Source: the human T2T-CHM13v2.0 reference genome, Homo sapiens. Taken from it: 64,000 bases of DNA. The notes beneath the pieces are model-generated. The model saw only the letters and a program-made list of their open reading frames with translations, did no database searches and was not told the origin of the DNA. The stretch lies in NCBI RefSeq assembly GCF_009914755.1, contig NC_060946.1; one strand, 5' to 3'. Each line of letters opens with the position of its first letter. The stretch's first letter is position 1. The translations under genes were made by a program, and so were the position numbers. Shown here piece by piece: positions 60,714-64,000 of the stretch.

Positions 60714-60870
60714 CTTGTGCATTCTTCCCGAGGCCCCGTCCAGGGACGTAGCCCATCTTCTGAAGAAGCTTCTGTCCAATTCCTTTTGTGTGTCTTTCCC
60801 AGCTGCCGAAGTCCATGAAAGATTTGGTTCCTCCTGCAAAACCTTTCTGGCTGGGCTTAAAATTGCCACC
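60714..60870 (-). CDS. TFIP11: TFIP11 coding exon (GGNFKP...[24 protein letters not shown]), G-patch
   Basis: gcag|GGT, G|gtattg, 157 nt; canonical G-patch motif. Confidence 0.96.
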
Positions 60871-61185
60871 CTGCAAAAAAGAAAAATCAAAGCTTAGTTA
60901 ATGGAAAAACAAAATGAAGAAAAATCTAAGAAAGCTTGGCCAACAGGAAAATGGCCTAAGTTATACAGCACTATGAAAAGTGTCATATGAACCAAAAATG
61001 TGTGTGATAACGTGTCAGGAAGGAAGAGACTGCACTACACACTTCACAACTCACAGAAACCTGCCACCAAAAGGAGACACTCACGAAATTCATTCCAGAT
61101 GAGTTTCTCCCTGGCTAGAAAATGCTTGGGCCACAATGACCTTTGAAGGATATTCCTAGGGTCACAATCCTGCAATAGAGACTAC

Positions 61186-61339
61186 CGTTTTTAGCTTCCT
61201 TGGTCCAAAATCCTTAGGAAAGTCGTCCTGCTTAACAGGTTTCTCTTCGTCATCAGAATCTTCCAACTCTGCCTCCTCCGCTGCCCCTTTCTTGAGCCCT
61301 GCGCTGATGAAGTTGACTGGCGCAGAGTAGTCACGGGCC
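61186..61339 (-). CDS. TFIP11: TFIP11 coding exon ([14 protein letters not shown]...RKLKT); upstream exons lie outside the window
   Basis: acag|G, ACG|gtagtc, 154 nt. Confidence 0.94.
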
Positions 61340-61839
61340 CTGTAGGCACAGAAACAAAGCCCCACCAGGTCGGTAAAGAACTCTTTTCTCTGCAGCGATC
61401 CTTTTGCAGAAACTACGTGCTTGAAGACTCCTTAGAGTGAATCTCATGGGAGGTTTTTTAAAAAAGTAACACATTTTTTAATGTGTCAAAAAATCCAAAG
61501 GACCCCAGATTTGGCTTCCTGTAGTCACATTTAACATTTTACCTGACATATCCCTCTACGGCTGAAGAGTTATCACATCAATGTAGGGTTGATTACAAAT
61601 TCAAAATATGATGTGATAATACAATTTTCCTACATTTTAAAAAATTAATTTATCATAAAAAGCAATTGTTTTGAAAACTATTTCAAGTACAAAAATCCAA
61701 CAGGAGCAGAAATTTTGATGGAAAATCATAAATAAAACCCATTGAAAGATTATATGAATGTAAAGCATGTAACAATTATATTAATCAAACTTAGAAAAAG
61801 CTCCTAGCCATTAAATTTATTTGAATGTGAAAATTTCCA

Positions 61840-62065
61840 GCCAGGGCAACATGGTGAGACTTCGTCTCTATAAAAAAAAAATAAATAAAAATTAGCCAGG
61901 CATGGTTGTGCAAGCCTGTGGTCCTAACTACATGGGAAGCTGAGATGGGAGGATTGCTTGAGCCCAGGAAGTTGAAGCTGCGGTGAACTATAATCATGTC
62001 ACTGCACCCCAGCCTGGGCAAAAGAGTGAGACCTTATCTCCAAAAAAAAAAAAAAAGAAAAGAAA
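61840..62065 (+). mobile_element. 5'-truncated AluJ-like
   Basis: Partial consensus plus poly-A. Confidence 0.8.
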
Positions 62066-62249
62066 ATTACACTAAAGTCCCCTAAGAAATAAGAAATTAA
62101 CTCTATAAAATGAAATATATTGATTTAAACTCTGACTGCTTCAAGTACTTACATTAAGCCATTAACCTCAGGTCTTTTTTGTATAAAATAAAATTGATAT
62201 ATTTGTACTGTGTGGTTTAAAAAAGAAAAAATTACAATAAAAAACCCTG

Positions 62250-62531
62250 GAGCCAGGTACAGCGGCTCATGCCCATAATCTCAGCACTTTGGGAGGCTTG
62301 AGGCCAGGAGTTCAAGACCAGCTGGGCCAACATAGCAAAATCCTATCTCTAATAAAAATACAAAAAACTAGCTGAGTGTGGTGGCACACGCCTGTAATCC
62401 CACGCCACTCAGGAGGCTGACGCATGAGAAACGCTTGAACCCAGGAGACAGAGGGTGCAGTGAGCTAAGGTCACGCCACTGCACACTCCAGCTTGGGTAA
62501 TAGAGACTGTGTTTCAAAGAAAAAAAGAAAA
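62250..62531 (+). mobile_element. Alu
   Basis: Diverged consensus. Confidence 0.85.
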
Positions 62532-62941
62532 CCTGGGAATACAGCAAATAAAGGGATGCCTTGTAAAATGACCAACCTAGTAATTCAACACCCTCAGGGC
62601 AACAACAGAATTTAGGGAGTTTTTTCCTAAAATTGTAATATAACTTAGTGATTTAGATCCCAAACTCTAGAGTCAGATAGGTCCAGGTTCCAATTCTAGC
62701 TTAGCCTCTGCCTAGTTGTATGACCATTAGCCTCAGTCTCTTAATCTGTAAAATGGGGACAATAATGGTACCTTTCTCATAAGGAAAATTAATCCAGGTT
62801 TATGAAATAGCCAGGACAAGTAAGCAGCCAAGAGATGTTAGCTATTATTATTATCTTATGATTATGCAATTCTTGTTCCCTGATCTATTTGTCATCCACT
62901 TTCAGACTTCCTTGTGGATGAGAAGTTTGGACTAATCTCTA

Positions 62942-63975
<1,034 letters not shown>

Positions 63976-64000
63976 TCAGTGAGGCCAGGCGTGGTGGCTC

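Overview
Human (primate) genomic DNA containing the compact HPS4-SRRD-TFIP11 cluster, which I recognise as 22q12.1. HPS4 (BLOC-3 subunit, minus strand) is complete: a non-coding exon 1 plus 13 coding exons, CDS 36172->7655, 708 aa. SRRD (plus strand) is complete: 7 exons, 38301->46074, 332 aa in this allele, head-to-head with HPS4 across a CpG island. TFIP11 (G-patch spliceosome-disassembly factor, minus strand) contributes its last 11 coding exons (61339->46415); its first coding exon is beyond the window and its 3' end meets SRRD tail-to-tail. I traced all coding exon boundaries to GT/AG sites with consistent phase. Introns hold about 30 Alus plus L1, L2, MIR, MaLR LTRs and MER DNA-transposon fossils. 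Compared with the reference proteins as I recall them, the haplotype looks non-reference (HPS4 G229/M552/Y606/H625; SRRD with one fewer 7-aa repeat and T99). I found no new gene system. The most interesting observations are regulatory: a triple-ATG uORF whose stop touches the HPS4 start codon, a perfect 23-bp hairpin in a TFIP11 intron, a ~70-bp element duplicated between the HPS4 3' UTR and last intron, and face-to-face poly(A) signals for SRRD and TFIP11.
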